From Schmidtea nova (taxonomy: Eukaryota), in assembly GCA_044892505.1 (NCBI GenBank), contig CM097883.1, positions 445,408,001 to 445,472,000 on the forward strand: DNA of 64,000 bases, written 5' to 3'. Position numbers and translations under genes: made by a program. The notes under the pieces were generated by a model, which was not told the origin of the DNA, made no database searches, and saw nothing but the letters and a program-made list of their open reading frames with translations. Below are positions 36,811 to 49,794 of the stretch, one piece after another; the stretch's first letter is position 1; each line of letters begins with the position of its first letter.

Positions 36811-39800
36811 ATGGATGAACCTTTTGATATTAACCGAGATTTAAAATCCGAACTCGAAGCGTTTAAAGTTGAAAATGATAACCTTAAACGAGACTATGGT
36901 AACACATAATTTTTAATTTAATTATCTTAATTTTTAATTGTTTTTTTAGAAAAATTTACCATAGATTATGAGTTAAAAATTGAAAACTTAAAAAAAGAAA
37001 TTAATTTGAAAACTGTAAACTATGAAAACATAATGATAAATTTCCAAGAACTCGATGAAAAATACAAAAATAGTTGCCAAGAGAAAATTACCATCAATCA
37101 AAACTATTTCGATTTATCACAGGAAAAAGTTAAATTTTTTATCTAACTAACAATATATAAATCCCTAAATATAATTTAGTTTAATATCGTGAAAAAATTC
37201 GACAATTTAGAATCAGAACACGCAACTCTTATGGAGTTGATTTCTCGACGGGAAAAAGAACTTCTTAACTGTAAAACCGAAATTCAACAATTGCGATCGG
37301 AAATAACGGAATATAAAACTAAAGAAATCGAATCAAAGTTGAATCAAAACGATTTAGAATTCCGGAAAAAAGATTTCCAACAAATGGAACAAATGTCGTT
37401 ATTAAGAAGTAAAAAACTATCAGAGGAAATTTTAATGCTTGAAAAGAAACTTACTGAAAGTTTACAAACTAATCACGAAGAAAAAACAGCAAATGTACAA
37501 AATTACTATCAAATTTATTATAAATTAATCCTTTATTTAGAATAAAATAGTTTATGATTTAAATCTAGAATTGGATGGCAAACGAAATGAGGTAATTAAT
37601 ATTATAAAAAAATAAGAATATAGCTACTTATATCATATTAGATAAAAAATTTCAGAAAAACCATTGAAAAGCTTAAAGAACAAATTGCGCATTTAGAACG
37701 AGCAAATGGAGAGAAAAATGAAAGTTTACGATCAGCTGTTGAGAGTCAGACAACAATTGATAATTTGCTAAGGAAGGAATTGAATGTTCAGTTGTCAATT
37801 AATGAGCTGCTCAAGGAACGGATTGACGAAAGCGAGCAAAAAGAGGAGAATTTGATTGGTGCAATCAAGGAGTTGCAACAATCACTCAAGGAGACATTTG
37901 ATGAGAGCGAGAGGATGAAAACTGAATTCGAGGAGAAATTGTCTGGATTTGCTAGTCAAGTGACGGAACTGAGAATGGAAATAAATCGGAAGGAGAATGA
38001 GTTAGCTGATGCTAATGAGTTGTTTGAGAAATTCAGGGTTAAGAGTAAGATTTATTGATTGATTTTATGATTCTAACAGGGATTATTTGTTAATATTTAT
38101 CATTTTTAATGTAATTTCTGGACGTTTTTATGGGGTACCGGAATTACTGCCTTTATTAGTCCTTTTTTAGCCATTCAGTGGAGGTTCTTTTAATTATATG
38201 CGCCTTATTACCTTTTTTATTATATTTGTGATCTATTGATAATATTAGTGATATATTGATTATATTAGTGATATATTGATTATTTTTTGATATTTGTTAT
38301 TATATTTGTAATTTATTGTTTATATTTGTAATTTATTGATTTTATTTGTGATCTATTGATTATATTTGTGATCTATTGATTAGATTTGTGATCTATTGAT
38401 TAGATTTAATATTAATATTTATAAATTACGTAAACTGATATAATGACGTTACTAGGATAAAGAAATTACTCTGATGTAATTCATTTTACAAAGATATTAT
38501 AATTGTATGTATATGTATAACACGAATATAACATTTTCAGGCCTATCAGAAGAAGAGATAAGATCAATGAATCCCGCAACTGCAGCAGCCATTAGTGCAT
38601 TGAAACGTGGATATAGTATGACACAGATTTACAGCGAATATTTACAAGTCGTCAATGAGAAAGAAGAATTGCGTGTCGACCGGGATCGTCTAAATGAATA
38701 TATGCTGTCGATTCTCGAAGAATTAGAACAGAAAGCTCCGTTATTGAAGAAACAACAAGAAGAGCATTCGTATTTGGAATTGTCTGTGTCGACGTTGGGC
38801 AAGAAATACGATGATAATCTATCGCAATTGTTTTCATGTCAATCGGAACTGGAAAATTACCACAGGAAATGTGATGAATTAACCAAGAAACTGAAACGAG
38901 AAGAACAAACCTCCACTGATCTCGGACAACAAGTCTGCTGCTTGTTACGCGAAGTCGAAACCTACAGAGGAACAGTAATCAGATCCGACGAAAACCAATC
39001 TAATAATGAATCGGAATTTATCAGTCGTCGTCGTAGCTTCCATCAACGCAGTCTCTATAATTCCCATTCACAACTCGCTATCGCCAATTCATCAATGGAA
39101 TCATCGGGAAATCGCTTCATTACAGCCAATGACATCATCACTACCCATTTGGTGACGTTCAAGAACATATGCGAATTGCAGCAGCAGAATATCCGATTAA
39201 TTGAGCAATTCCGGGATCTCAGTCAACAACAGGAAGCCACTGAAAATATGATCAATGAAAACAGGTAAATTATTGATTATTTTTATTTTTATCGATGTAT
39301 TCCATATTTTTTCGATTTTCTATTTCCAATGAAATTATATTAAATAATTATGATTTTGTTATTGATTTTGAATATTAACATATAAACAATATTATATAAA
39401 CACTTTCCCCTTAGCATACAAGACATGGCAAAGAAATTGGAACAAGCCTATAAAGAAATGGACGATATTAAAGAGAAGCAAAAGCAGAATAAACAATTAT
39501 TAAAAACTGTCAATGCGCAAAAGCATATTATTCAAGCCTTGACTATGGTTCATGGTAAATCCAATCTGGCTTCACTACTCGCTACTGGAGTTGTAGGGAC
39601 CGATTCCAATGACGACAACGTGCAAATGTCATCTCCGATGCAAGATGGCGCCGGTGATAAACACATCAACCAAAACCATTTGAATACTATTACTTCATTG
39701 AACGCAAAAGCCGTGGAAAGCCAGGATAAAATCGATAAACTACAAATCGAAATCGATAGGTTACGAGATGAAAGGGAAGAATTGAAAGAAAAGCATTCAA

Positions 39801-42800
39801 ATGCCATTAAAGAACTTAGCCAATCTTTGTCGGAAGTTAAAATGGCCAATGCTAACCTTATGGCAAAAATCAGCTTCAACCAAGAAACAGCAACGAGTCT
39901 GGAACAGAATCTCATCAATCGTCAAATGGAAATGGCTGATTTACAAGCCGATCTTTCGGAAGCAAACCAGAAATTTGCGAAAAAATCGGAAGAAAACGTT
40001 TCGCTCTCCAGTCAATTGGGCAGCTGCCAAGTTCGGCTCAGGGAACAGGAATCGGAAATGAAGCAAATGCTGTTCAACAGGCAACACGTGGAGAGTTTGG
40101 AGAAGCAATTGAATTCGGAAAAGAATGAAAAATACGAACTAATGTCCAGGATCAGTGAAATGGCCAGTCAAATCAGCAACATTCAAATCTACCTCAACAA
40201 GCCGCAAGTAGAACAAGCGAGTGAAGATCAAATCGAACTGAAATCCAAAATCAAACAGTTGACATTGGAATTGAAACAAGAGAAATCCAAATATCAGAGC
40301 TCATTGGAAATGTGGCAGGCTAAATTTAACGAATCAAACGCTGTTATTGACACGCTCAAATCACAATTGAACAGTGAAAACCGAGCAAGCACCTCAGCCA
40401 ATTCAACAATTACTGATTCCTGCACTGTTGGAGTTCTCCAAACAGCCCCGGAGAAAATCGAAAAAACTGGCGATTTAGAAAGTCAGCTAGAAGGTAATTT
40501 TTAAATTTATTGCTAATTAAATTTATTTCTTCTTATCTTTGCTTTAAATATTGGCAAATAAATTAACCAAAAAATAAATTAACACAGTTACTTACACATT
40601 TTTTCACTATTATTATTTATTTTTTGTCTTTTCTTTATTACTTTTATCTTTCTTACCTTTTACACCTGCATCACTTTTAATATTATTTTGGTTTATTTAT
40701 TTCTTTTTATTAATTTTTTCTTTTTTATTTGTTATTCTTATCTTACTTACCTTTTACATCTGCATCACTTTATATATATTTTTTATTTTGTCTTTTATTT
40801 CTTTTTATTAATTTTTTGCCTTTTTTATTTATTACTTTTATCTTCCTTACCTTTTCCATGTTAAGATTTGGCAATACTGAATTCAAGCCTGAAAAAACAA
40901 ATCAAAGCATATCACGATTTGATGGATGATTCCGAATCGAAGCTCATTAACAACTCCCAACTAATTGACGAGATCGAGTCCAAGTTCCAAGACAGGATAG
41001 ACGAATTAACTCAAGGTAGAAATACATTCCAGATAGGAAATTTCAACTATAATGCTTGTAGAAAAGTGCGAAATGGAAGAATTGCTGCACAGTGCTCATT
41101 TAGCCAATCGGCAATTGGAATCGGAATTTACCGATAAAGAGAAGTCATTGGAGGATAGAGTTGTTGAATTGGAGGGATTATTGGAACAACAAACGAGTTC
41201 CATTGACAGTTTGAACGACGAGATGTCGCAATTGAAGGCGAAGGAGTGCCAATTGATCTGTGACCTTGAACGGCAGAGGCAGCTAACGAAAACCGCGACA
41301 GAGAACTACCAGCAAGAACTGATCTATCACGCGCAGGAATCGGACGCATTGGACGAGATCAACAGGCAAATGAGCCAGATCAAAAGCCAGGAGAGAAATC
41401 TATCGGAGAAATTGCAGGAAACCGTTCTCCTGCGCGACCAGTACAAATCGGACCTTGACAGTCGCGACAGCGCTTGGTTGGCGGAGAAGGCGGCTCTGGG
41501 GCAGGAAATGTCCGAGCTGAAGGCGCAAAAGGAATATTTGAACAATCGATTGGTGGATTTGAACGATCAGTTGGTGAATTTGAAGAAGTTGCTGGACCCC
41601 TCGACCGTGAGCAGCATCGATTACGCCGTGATCCAGCGTGAGAACGATTGGAACGAAGTCATTCAGTATGATATTTAATCGCTTCGTGGAGTTGTGCTCT
41701 GAGCATTCTCGTCGTTTCTAGGTATTTGCGGCAGGAGAAGGAGAACGTGGAAAGGGCTAAAAATCAATTCGAACTCGATTTGAATCGATTAAAAGTGCAA
41801 TATCGACAACAAGAAGAAACGATTGATCTGTTGAATAAAACGCTCGAGGAGGAACGTAAATTCCGAGTTGTCGAAGCGGAAACACAAAAGCAGCACGCGG
41901 AAATCATGATGGAAATGGAATCGAAACAAATGCTCATGGAAAGCAATTCTAAACTGAGACTCGATAGGCAGAGGGTAAAGGAGCTCCTGGCGGAGGCTAC
42001 TGGCAAGGTAACACTCATTTATCGATTATTGATTTTATATTGTTACCGTTATTGTGTTATTAGCTTGAGAAAGTTAACGAATCGATTGAACCTTTGAAGG
42101 CGGAATTGAAATCGAAAAATAATGAAATAGAAAACGTGAAACTCGATGCGAGATCATTGGAGAATGAGCGCGACTTGTGGCGCAAAAGGTGTGACAGTTT
42201 AATCGAGAAATCCAATCAAGTCAATCCAGAAGAATTCAAACAAATCTGGTAAGTAATTTTGCACATTCTTTCACCATTTAAATCAATTATTTGAATATTA
42301 ATCAATATTTATAATTTATAAATATTGATTAATATTCAATATATAATTTTATAAATAATAATAATATATATTTATTTAAAAGATTGTATTTTATTTATAT
42401 AAAAATTTAAATCAATAAAATAAGAAAATAAAGTATGTAAATAATTTATAAAAAATTTTTAGTTATCGATTAATTTTTGAAATTTTTATTTTAAAATATA
42501 TTTATAGATTTTAATAATTAATTAAGATCAATATTTTTTTGCACATAATTAATTTTTTATTATAATTAAATAAGTTTTTTTTAATATTTTTTTTAATCGA
42601 TTTTCAACTTTGATATCTCTTTTAAATCAATAATTTCCAAATCACTGGTTTAGTTATTTATTTAATTATTGATATTTTATTTTTAATAATTTATTTATTT
42701 TTTTGGCACATTTTTTACATATTTTAATTAAACATTTACAATTTGAACTTTAATTATTAAATTAGTTTTGTATAATTTATTTTTTAAATCAATAATTTCC

Positions 42801-45635
42801 TACTCAGTGGTTTAAAATTTTTAGTTATTGATTTAATTTTAATCTATATTTAATAATTATAGATCTTAATAATTATTATTAATAATTATTATTAAATATT
42901 TGTATAGGAAAATAATATAAAAAATATTGATTATTGATATATTTAATAATTATAGATTTTAATAATTATTTTAATAAAATTTAAAATTATTGATTTAATT
43001 TATATTGATCTTAAAAATTATATAAAATCAATAAATGCACAATTTTTTGAATTTATATTTATTATTATCGATATTTATTGTTGCTAATTATGAACGGATA
43101 ATTCAGCGTAGAGAAAGATAAGTTGCAACACCAAATATTGATGGAAGAGGAGAAATGTCGGGTGTGTGCGGAACAGATCGAGGAACTGAGATCCAAAATC
43201 GAAGAGTGCGAACGAAGTCTGCAGGATAAAGACAACCAATTAAAGTAGGGAATATTTAGTAAAATAGAGTACAATTGACCGCTTTCTAGGGAGATTGCCG
43301 ACGACAGCCAGGAGCGGGAGAATATGATTGTGCAGCTGAAAGATATCGGCAGGAAGTACAAAACGGAGGCAGAACTGCTGCGCAGTGAGAAGGCGAAGAT
43401 AACAAACGAGAAGGATGGCAAATGCCGAGAAATTCAAGCATTGAAGAAAGAAATAGGGGAAATGAAGTCGTTATTGGAGGAGTCGAACAAGGAGTGCCAG
43501 AAGCAGTTGAGCCAGGCCAGCACAAGCTCCAGCTGCGCGGCGCAGTCGAGTGACGAGTTCGTGAGGAAGCTGAGCGCGATCCTGCAGTGCCAGAGCAACC
43601 CCGACGACATCATAGAGATGTCGGAGCGGGTGCAGAAGGAGAACCAGAGCAACATCCAGCTGCTGAAGGCGGGCAAGTCAGAGCTGAAGGTGCGCAATCA
43701 GGTGATCGAAGGCCACCTGACGAATCTCAAGCTGGAAAACGAGCGGCTGAAGAAACAGCTGGAAAACCGATCGAATTTGAGCAGCGTGGACGAGGAGAAC
43801 GGGACGAGTGAGGAGAACAGCAGTGAAGTCCTGCCGGCGGCGGCGCCGACGCCCTCGTGCCACGGCGTTCCCGCAGTTGCTCGCGTCGCTGCCAACGTCC
43901 ACCCGGTCGTGCAGAAGCCGCAAACGTCCAATCAGATATCTCCCAACTCCCAGACGATTTCCAGCAGCATTTGCACCGCGCCTCGGCAGACCGCGGAAAT
44001 CCGCCCGATTCCCGCTGTTGCTCTCCACGCCGCTCCTCCGAGCTCCGCTGCCGACATCTCCACCGCCGTTGACAGCTCTGTGTTGTCCATAGCAACAGTA
44101 ACTACGTCGCTTCCTGCCAGTGTTGTCCAGGCGCTGGCGGCCAGCTCGGTTCCCACCGTTATCTTCCCAGCAGTTGCCGGCGGAGCGGGCACCAGCACCG
44201 GCAGCGTTCAGAATATCAACCGATTGAAACGGTGCTTTGACAAGCTGATCGAGCCCGACACCAGAATCACCCATTTACCCGATGAATCTACTCCACCGTG
44301 CCATGGCAACGGCGGCAATGTCATCAAGAAGTGCCGAATGCGGCTCGCGGAGCCCATCGAAATGATCCAAGCGATCGCAGCGGAACATTGCGCGGTCCAG
44401 GAGCAACAGCAGCTGCCGCAGACCACTGCAAATGACCAATCAGCTGCTGGATTGGATTACTGCAGCTCAGCAATGCAAAATATCGATGCGGAAGTGTGCG
44501 AAGGAGAAATCGAAATAGAATCTGAAGAAGTGGAAATCACGGAAGATGAGGATGAAAATAGATCTAAGAACGAATTGGATGATTCATCGCTATTGGCTGA
44601 GCTGCTTGATGGAAGGCATCACAGCTTCTCTGACCAGGAGGAATGTGGAGAAGGCGATTATGATGACGACATGGAGGAGGAGGCGGAGGAGGACGAGGAG
44701 GAGGAGGAAAATGAAGACAGTGATGAAAATGAACACGATGAAGATGAGGACGACAATAATAACGATGAAGAGGACGACGAGGAGGATGATGATGAAAATC
44801 CTGATGTTATCGATCTATGTAACTATTGATATATAATTCCTTTCGATCGATATTATTGTAATCTTAGTGAGTTCCGATGACGGCAGTGACAATAATAATG
44901 ACAACGGAGGCGATGACAACAACAAAAATGACAATGATGACGACAATCAGGAATATTCCAATTATAAGGACGAGAAAAATGAATCAATTGCCGAAGGTTT
45001 GTCCTAATTTATTTATTTTATTATCGATTTCCAATATTTTTGATTATTGATTTATATTATTATCGGCTATTGATTTGTATAGTTATTTCCATTACTTTGA
45101 TTATCTATTGATTTTACTATTTATTTTATTATCGATTTCCAATATTATTATCGGCTATTGATTTGTATTTGATTATCTATTGATTTTACTATTTATTGAT
45201 TTTCAATTTTTATTGATCTGAGTTATATTATCGATTTACATTATTGACCATCTATTTTGGTTATTTTTACTATTATTGATTTGCTTTTTAAAAATTTCTT
45301 ATTTCTATATTGGTTTATCATATCAATTTTCAGAATTCAGATCATCAGAAAACGAATTAGAGCTTGCAAAGAAGAAGATTGAACCGATTGTGTGGACTGA
45401 CCTTAACCAGCGTAGAAATAACATGCTGGTAGCCACCAATAGGAAGGACAATTATGCCACATCACCGAATAAAATGGGTCAGCCAATCAAAACACGTTAT
45501 ACGGGAAATGCTGGATTTAGAAGGAAAATGGTTACAACTAGAAGGAATTTCCCATTTGCTACCAGTAGCGGCCGAATATTGTCAGTAGGACGCAGATCTG
45601 GCGGTCCTTTCAAGGGATCTTTTACACCTCGTTAA
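36811..45635 (+). CDS. TPR: Nucleoporin TPR / Megator (nuclear basket coiled-coil protein), multi-exon
   Basis: MNPATAAAISALKRGYSMTQIYSEY...ILEELEQKAPLLKKQQEE, IITTHLVTFKNICELQQQNIRL, ENYQQELIYHAQ, YLRQEKE, LWRKRCDSLIEK..NPEEFK match TPR; acidic region and basic/Gly C-terminus follow. GT-AG introns join the ORF pieces; exact exon set partly inferred. Confidence 0.92.
38216..38405. repeat. Intronic minisatellite (~20-nt TATATTTGTGATCTATTGAT-like unit)
   Basis: Several imperfect tandem copies in a TPR intron. Confidence 0.7.
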
Positions 45636-47779
45636 TTATTTTATTGAATAAATATCGATTTATGTTATTATTTCGCATTTTATTGAATTTAAATGATTTT
45701 ATTTGGGTTTGGTTTGGTTTTCAGAGTTATTGATTTTTACTATTTTGTTGATTCACTCTAGTTTTCCAAATTTTTTTTAAAACAATCATATCTCACCAGT
45801 CGAATTGAAAACATGAACACCAAGGGAAACATTGAAAAATCATTCTCATCAAACATATCATTAATGCTCTAGAACTTGAAACAGAGGCCGTTCCTAACAC
45901 AAAACCTTAAGCTTGACTACACATTCCTAATATTCTTTGGATTTGGATAATTTTATGTTAAACGCACACACAAAACTATGCATTTAATCTTGGAGATATC
46001 TCTTAACATCCATGATTCGGAATGCCTGATGTCTAATCAGCATATGGCATTGTTCTCACTACTAAAAGAAAGCAATATGTTAAAAATAGATTAATACTAA
46101 AAATTTTAAAATTTGAACATCAGCTAGACAATTTATTCCTGTGATGTCTTAGTATCAAGTTATGCATCAATTTATTTTATGTGATTGCTGCGGTTGCTGG
46201 TGGGTTTGTAAATATTCGATGCTTTGTCCTAGGGATCCCTCACCCATAACCTTCATTAAATGACTACTACACGCGTATGCCCTTGGCTATTCCCTACTAG
46301 CCAAGTTGGTACTGCATACGGTAGTGAGCAAAAATGATGGGCAGGTGAGCTCTGTTGCCAGAACTACTCCCCATTTATCTTCCCTCGGGTTCGTGCTGCC
46401 GATAGAAGGTCTTACGCATATTAGTTTTATTTCTATTCGTCCCAATATTTGTCAAAATTAATCTTTAATCTTTACACCCCATCGACTGAAAACAAAAACA
46501 CATTTAACCGATCTATTTGTAGCTCATTCGCTGAGCAAATTCTCGGCGACGACGTCTTTGTCGTGATCCCAATCAGTTCTTTCGGGGTCGGTAAACCGCC
46601 TTTGGAGAAACTTCTTACTTTGGTTGGATGTCGTGGCGTGTGTAGGGTGTTTCTACGCCAGGGCTTGGAACCAAGATATTCTCGTTCTCAGTTCCTGATG
46701 CAATTTCACGGGAATTACTCGTTGTCCATCGCTGTGCAGTAATTGGAGAAATCAGAGCTCGCAATTCGGTGTCTATGTAAGTTTTTGTCACTGAATTTAG
46801 GTAATTTCTGAGCTCTCGTTGCACTGCATCAAGTTCGGTCTTGGTTTTGGTTAGGGCTTCTTGTAGCCTGGTCATTTTCGTCAGTTGGGTCTTCATTTGT
46901 CTGGGGAAAACCAACTGGTCTTGAGCTCTTCCTTGGCGACAGTGAGACGCTTGATCTGTCTTTGCTGGTCTCTCAATTTTCGTTCTTGATTTTTCCTTTA
47001 TTTTTCCACGGAAGTCATTTAGGCTGAATAGTACACGTTTATTGAAACTTTATCATTATAATTTTACGATTTATAAATTTTTAATAAATTGAGATTAATT
47101 GCTACAAAATAGACAAAAGAAACACTCTAATCAACTAATACATACATTAAGTTAAACTAGTCACAACACATTTTCCCCCGATAAGAAATATCGTATGTAT
47201 TTTCATAGTGGTTTTAAATTCGTTGGAAGAATTAATAGAATTTTTCAGACGTTCCTTCTCGGCCTCTCGGAGGGGTCGAATCGCAATGTTAAAATAATTT
47301 TTAGTGAGAAAATTTTCGATTATCAAATAATCCTCGTCAATCTCTAATTCGGCAAATAACTGGTATCTTCATTCATTCTGTTGTTTCTTTTTTCGTGATT
47401 TCTCTTCCTTTTCTAATCTGATTAATAAATTTTTTAAATTCTTAATTGTTTTTTAAATGTTTATTTTGTAAAAAATTTAAAAATATAAAATAAAAACTCC
47501 AAAATTTTTAAAATTTTTTCTAAATTTCTTTTCGAATAAATAGATTTATCCTTTTTTTAAATTTTAAATTTTTTAAATTTTTATTGCCTGCATTCTACAT
47601 TTTTAAATTTTCTAACCCTTAATATTTGATTTTATTTTTTTTTATAATTTTACAATTTATTATATTATATCTCTTTGAAATGCCCATAAATTCTCTGTAC
47701 TATCACTTTTCTTTCTCCATTTTTTTATATATCTTCTTTTTACTTTTATACTTTCTTATTTGTAGAACCACATGTTTTT

Positions 47780-48202
47780 TTAACAAGATAGTAAGTGGGC
47801 GATTTCGCTAATTTCCTCTTTAGAGTTAATTTTTGGGTGTTTGTCTCTAATGAGAATAGCTTCTTTAAATCTGAGATTTTTTTTGTCGTTTTCGTTTGTC
47901 AATATTCTCACTGAAATTAATTTTTCCTTATTTTCTGTCTGACATTGGTGGAGATGTCTATATACAGATGACTTTCCACCGGGATCAAGATGTTCTTTAA
48001 TTCTCTGATGAAAAGTCCGAAGGGTCCTTACGATGTAAATTTCTTTGCATTTATTACACATGATGCTATAGACAATGTTCTTACGAAAGCATAATTTTTT
48101 TGGTGTTTGGCAATTTTCCATCTTACATGTATTTTCCTTTCTCGTGTTGTTAGCTAGAGCTTGCCTTAATGTCTTAGATCTATGTGCCAAACGAGAAATC
48201 AC
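47780..48202 (-). mobile_element. Penelope-like element 3' fragment (GIY-YIG endonuclease)
   Basis: KNIVYSIMCNKCKEIYIVRTLRTFHQRIKEH...LRFKEAILI...PKIN. Confidence 0.8.
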
Positions 48203-48517
48203 GAAAAAAGAAACAACAGAATGAATGAAGATACCAGTTATTTGCTGAATTAGAGATTGACGAGGATTATTTGATAATCGACAATTTTCTCACTTAATAA
48301 AATTATTTTTGCAGCAAAGGCTTATTTTGTTACTTANNNNNNNNNNNNNNNNNNNNNNNNNNNNNNNNNNNNNNNNNNNNNNNNNNNNNNNNNNNNNNNN
48401 NNNNNNNNNNNNNNNNNNNNNNNNNNNNNNNNNNNNNNNNNNNNNNNNNNNNNNNNNNNNNNNNNNNNNNNNACCTTTGATCTTTTTTTATTATTATTAT
48501 CAATAATTCTCATAATG

Positions 48518-48663
48518 ACTATAGATCAAAATTTTTTTTTATAAACAATAACACAATATTTCGGCATAGCCTTTATCAAGTGTGTATTTTGAAATACACA
48601 CTTGATAAAGGCTGTGCCGAAATATTGTGTTATTGTTTATAAAAAAAAATTTTGATCTATAGT
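48518..48663. repeat. Near-perfect palindrome (72-bp arms, 2-nt loop, 1 mismatch)
   Basis: Arms 48518-48589 and 48592-48663; the right arm abuts an N gap. Confidence 0.85.
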
Positions 48664-49244
48664 NNNNNNNNNNNNNNNNNNNNNNNNNNNNNNNNNNNNN
48701 NNNNNNNNNNNNNNNNNNNNNNNNNNNNNNNNNNNNNNNNNNNNNNNNNNNNNNNNNNNNNNNNNNNNNNNNNNNNNNNNNNNNNNNNNNNNNNNNNNNN
48801 NNNNNNNNNNNNNNNNNNNNNNNNNNNNNNNNNNNNNNNNNNNNNNNNNNNNNNNNNNNNNNNNNNNNNNNNNNNNNNNNNNNNNNNNNNNNNNNNNNNN
48901 NNNNNNNNNNNNNNNNNNNNNNNNNNNNNNNNNNNNNNNNNNNNNNNNNNNNCAGTAGTTTGCGTCTGTGTGCGCATTTCATGTTTGCTTTATCTGCTCT
49001 CGCAGTCCACTTTGTGCGCGTTGATATTTTTTATTGCTCTAATGTTTCGCGCCTGTGTGCGCCTTATTATGTTATCCAATATGCTTCTGTGTGCGCATGG
49101 TTTTTTGAATGGATTGGAAATGCTCCAATATCGATTCGAATTTTTAATTCTCAAATTGAGTTGGAATTTACGTTGTTTATTTAATCCAATTTTGGATTTT
49201 AAGGTTTTTCTGGCTGGATATTTGAGATACATAAATATTTACTA

Positions 49245-49544
49245 ATGAAAAGTGCAGTTCAAAATGAAGATTATTTCTATCGTAAACAAGCGTTTCAAAA
49301 GGCCATGATGTATATTCAGAGCCGACAATATTCAGAAAACAGCAGCAACATTTCATCAGCATTATTGAATGCTCTAATATTAATTTGCAACGATTCAGAG
49401 GTGTCTTTGAGGACGGATTTAGCTAAATCATTGATCACAATTTCCAAGATGTGCATCGCAAAAGCGATAAAAGGAGATTATGACTGCGTAAAAGGTTTCA
49501 CTGTGCCTTGTGTGATCACATTTATTCATGATGCAAACAAACAA
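49245..49544 (+). pseudogene. PP4 regulatory subunit 1-like N-terminal HEAT fragment
   Basis: NEDYFYRKQ...LICNDSEVSLRTDLAKSL..ISKMC...FTVPCVITFIHDANKQ parallels the PP4R1 N-terminus as I recall it; similarity stops after ~100 aa with no splice donor. Confidence 0.45.
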
Positions 49545-49794
49545 CTCGACAACGTTATACAAATCCCTGAAGCGAGCTGGTTTTCTTGGTCTCAAATCAA
49601 TAGCCGAACAAATCACAGAGAGCCTTTCTCTATTCTTTTTCGTAGTGTTCATTGCAGGCCGCAACCTGATGGTAACAAACTCGAGTTGCTCACTTATTGG
49701 CAAATAAATGAAACATTTGGAGGTCTATTGGCTGCTTATTTGGCCTTTCATTTGATGATTGACATTGATGCTGTTATGAATGACAAATTGGTTG

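Noticed and set aside
43434-44426. Many overlapping antisense and alternate-frame ORFs in the GC-rich TPR exon
   Set aside because: Expected from high GC and scarcity of stops opposite a real CDS.
48309-48982. Long X-containing ORFs across N runs (also 50393-51011)
   Set aside because: Artefacts of assembly gaps; only the sPLA2 exon parts are real.
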